A stretch of DNA of 64,000 nucleotides from an uncultured Aliarcobacter sp. (lineage in GTDB: Bacteria; Campylobacterota; Campylobacteria; Campylobacterales; Arcobacteraceae). Of this stretch, positions 62,348-64,000 are shown piece after piece; within the stretch, counting starts at the first letter, position 1; the number at the start of each line of letters is the position of its first letter. The notes beneath the pieces were generated by a model. That model worked only from the letters and a program-made list of their open reading frames with translations, ran no database searches and was not told the origin of the DNA. A program made the translations under genes and the position numbers. The stretch lies in the NCBI GenBank assembly GCA_963677435.1, contig OY781945.1, positions 1,888,001 through 1,952,000 on the forward strand. Reading direction: 5' to 3'.

Positions 62348-64000
62348 TATTTTCCTCCTTCGATTAATGTCATTTCATTTAATGCATGGCCATTTGGAAC
62401 CATTGGTAATACCTCTTCATTTCTAGCAACTACAACTTCAATCATAGCAGGTCTCTTTTTCTCAATTGCATCTTTTAAAGCTATATCAAACTCTTCTTTT
62501 GTTGTAACTCTATAACCTAATCCTCCAAAAGCTTCAACAAGCATTTTAAAATTTGGTTGAGCTGATAAATCTGTTTCTGAAAGTCTATTTCCATAAAACA
62601 TAGTTTGCCATTGTCTTACCATTCCTAAATAGTTGTTATTTAGAATAATATTAATAACTGGTAATTCATATTCAACACAAGTCATAAGCTCTTGAATATT
62701 CATCAAAATTGATCCATCACCAGTGAAATTAATTGCAACTTTATCAGTTCCTTTTAAAGCTCGTGCAACTCCCATAGCAGCTGGTAATCCAAATCCCATA
62801 GTTCCTAATCCACCAGATGTAATCCATTGTCTTGGATATGAAAATGGATAAAATTGTGCTGTCCACATTTGATGTTGTCCAACATCTGTAGAAACAACAG
62901 CTCTTGCTCCTAAAAGATGCCCTACTCTTTGAATTGGCCATTGTGGTTTAATAACTTCATTTGAATCAATAAATCTTAGAGGTTCTTTTTCTCTATAATC
63001 TTTTAATAATTCAACCCAGTTTGTATAATCATTAAATTCATTTTCACCATTCTCAACAGCTTCAATCATAGCTTTAACTGTAATTTTTAAATCTCCAACA
63101 ATTGGAAAATCTGGAACAACTAATTTTGCAATTGATGTTGGGTCAATATCAACATGAATTACTTTTGCTTTTGATGCAAATTCATCAAGTCTTCCTGTTA
63201 CCCTATCATCAAATCTAGCACCTAAAGAGATTAATAAATCTGTTTCATGGGCTGCCATATTTGCTGCAAACTCCCCATGCATTCCTAACATTCCAAAGAA
63301 TAATGGATTTTCATCACCCATTACACCTCTTGCCATTAATGTCTCAACAGCAGGAATATTTAATTTTTTTGCTAATTCTCTAATTTCATATGCACAATTT
63401 GATAAAACTGCTCCACCACCAATATATAAAAGTGGTTTTTTAGCATTTGAAATTGCTTCCATCGCTCTTTTTAACTGTTTTTTATTGTAATTAACAGTTG
63501 GTTTGTATGTTGGTAAATTTATTTCACTAGGATAAACAAAATCTCCCATTTCTGCTGTAATATCTTTTGGGATATCAACATGCACAGGTCCTGGTCTTCC
63601 AGTACTTGCTATATGAAACGCCTCTTTGATAATTCTTGGTAAATCTTCAAGTCTATTTACTAAATAATTGTGTTTTGTACAAGGTCTTGAAATTCCTACA
63701 GCATCAATCTCTTGAAATCCATCTGAACCAATAATTGTAGTTGGAACTTGTCCTGAAATAACAACTAAAGGAATTGAATCCATATAAGCATCTGCTAATC
63801 CTGTTACTGCATTTGTAAATCCAGGACCTGAAGTTACTATTGAAACTCCAACTCTTCCTGTTGCTCTTGCATAACCTTCTGCTGCAATTATTGAAGCTTG
63901 TTCGTGTCTATTTAGAATGTGTTGAAAATAGTTTTGTTTATATATTTCATCATAGACGTTCATAATAGCGCCTCCAGGGTATCCAAATACTACTTCAACC
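62347..64000 (-). CDS. ilvI: Acetolactate synthase large subunit, start outside the window
   Basis: VFGYPGGAIM at the window edge, RHEQ, TSGPG and the TPP motif GDGS...NN. Confidence 0.95.
   Translation of the reverse strand, partial: VEVVFGYPGGAIMNVYDEIYKQNYFQHILNRHEQASIIAAEGYARATGRVGVSIVTSGPGFTNAVTGLADAYMDSIPLVVISGQVPTTIIGSDGFQEIDAVGISRPCTKHNYLVNRLEDLPRIIKEAFHIASTGRPGPVHVDIPKDITAEMGDFVYPSEINLPTYKPTVNYNKKQLKRAMEAISNAKKPLLYIGGGAVLSNCAYEIRELAKKLNIPAVETLMARGVMGDENPLFFGMLGMHGEFAANMAAHETDLLISLGARFDDRVTGRLDEFASKAKVIHVDIDPTSIAKLVVPDFPIVGDLKITVKAMIEAVENGENEFNDYTNWVELLKDYREKEPLRFIDSNEVIKPQWPIQRVGHLLGARAVVSTDVGQHQMWTAQFYPFSYPRQWITSGGLGTMGFGLPAAMGVARALKGTDKVAINFTGDGSILMNIQELMTCVEYELPVINIILNNNYLGMVRQWQTMFYGNRLSETDLSAQPNFKMLVEAFGGLGYRVTTKEEFDIALKDAIEKKRPAMIEVVVARNEEVLPMVPNGHALNEMTLIEGGK

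Noticed and set aside
1167..62941. Many 60-110 aa ORFs antisense to or nested in long genes (e.g. 1167-1403, 12959-13249, 25087-25425, 33809-34111, 46370-47132)
   Set aside because: Shadow ORFs of well-supported genes, with no recognisable motifs.
1..64000. CRISPR arrays, tRNA or rRNA genes
   Set aside because: No regularly spaced repeats or cloverleaf/rRNA-like sequence were seen in the short intergenic regions.

Overview
Very AT-rich chromosomal window from an Arcobacter-like member of Campylobacterota (hobA, xerH, mqnC, a second gltX, a purD-linked 6S RNA). It is mostly core genome: pckA-oadBAG, metG, fbp, bamA, tyrA, folP, lysC, a cheY-A-R-D-B cluster, pnp, lptD, purD, der, hpf, ftsK, lpxD and ilvIH. 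It appears to contain the replication terminus, with a difH-type site at ~31.49 kb next to xerH and AGTAGGG motifs pointing towards it. The most interesting part is a ~10.4 kb cassette between hpf and ftsK. It encodes an OmpR-family two-component system, very acidic Ser/Thr/Asp-rich versions of the distal flagellar proteins (FlgD, FlgE, FlgL, FlgK, FliD), a truncated FlgD paralogue and a five-EF-hand protein, but no flagellin. All four promoter regions of the cassette share one architecture (xxTAC-N6-TTTAC-N10-TAnnAT), which points to a self-contained, signal-induced regulon. All calls come from reading motifs by eye; no database searches were run.
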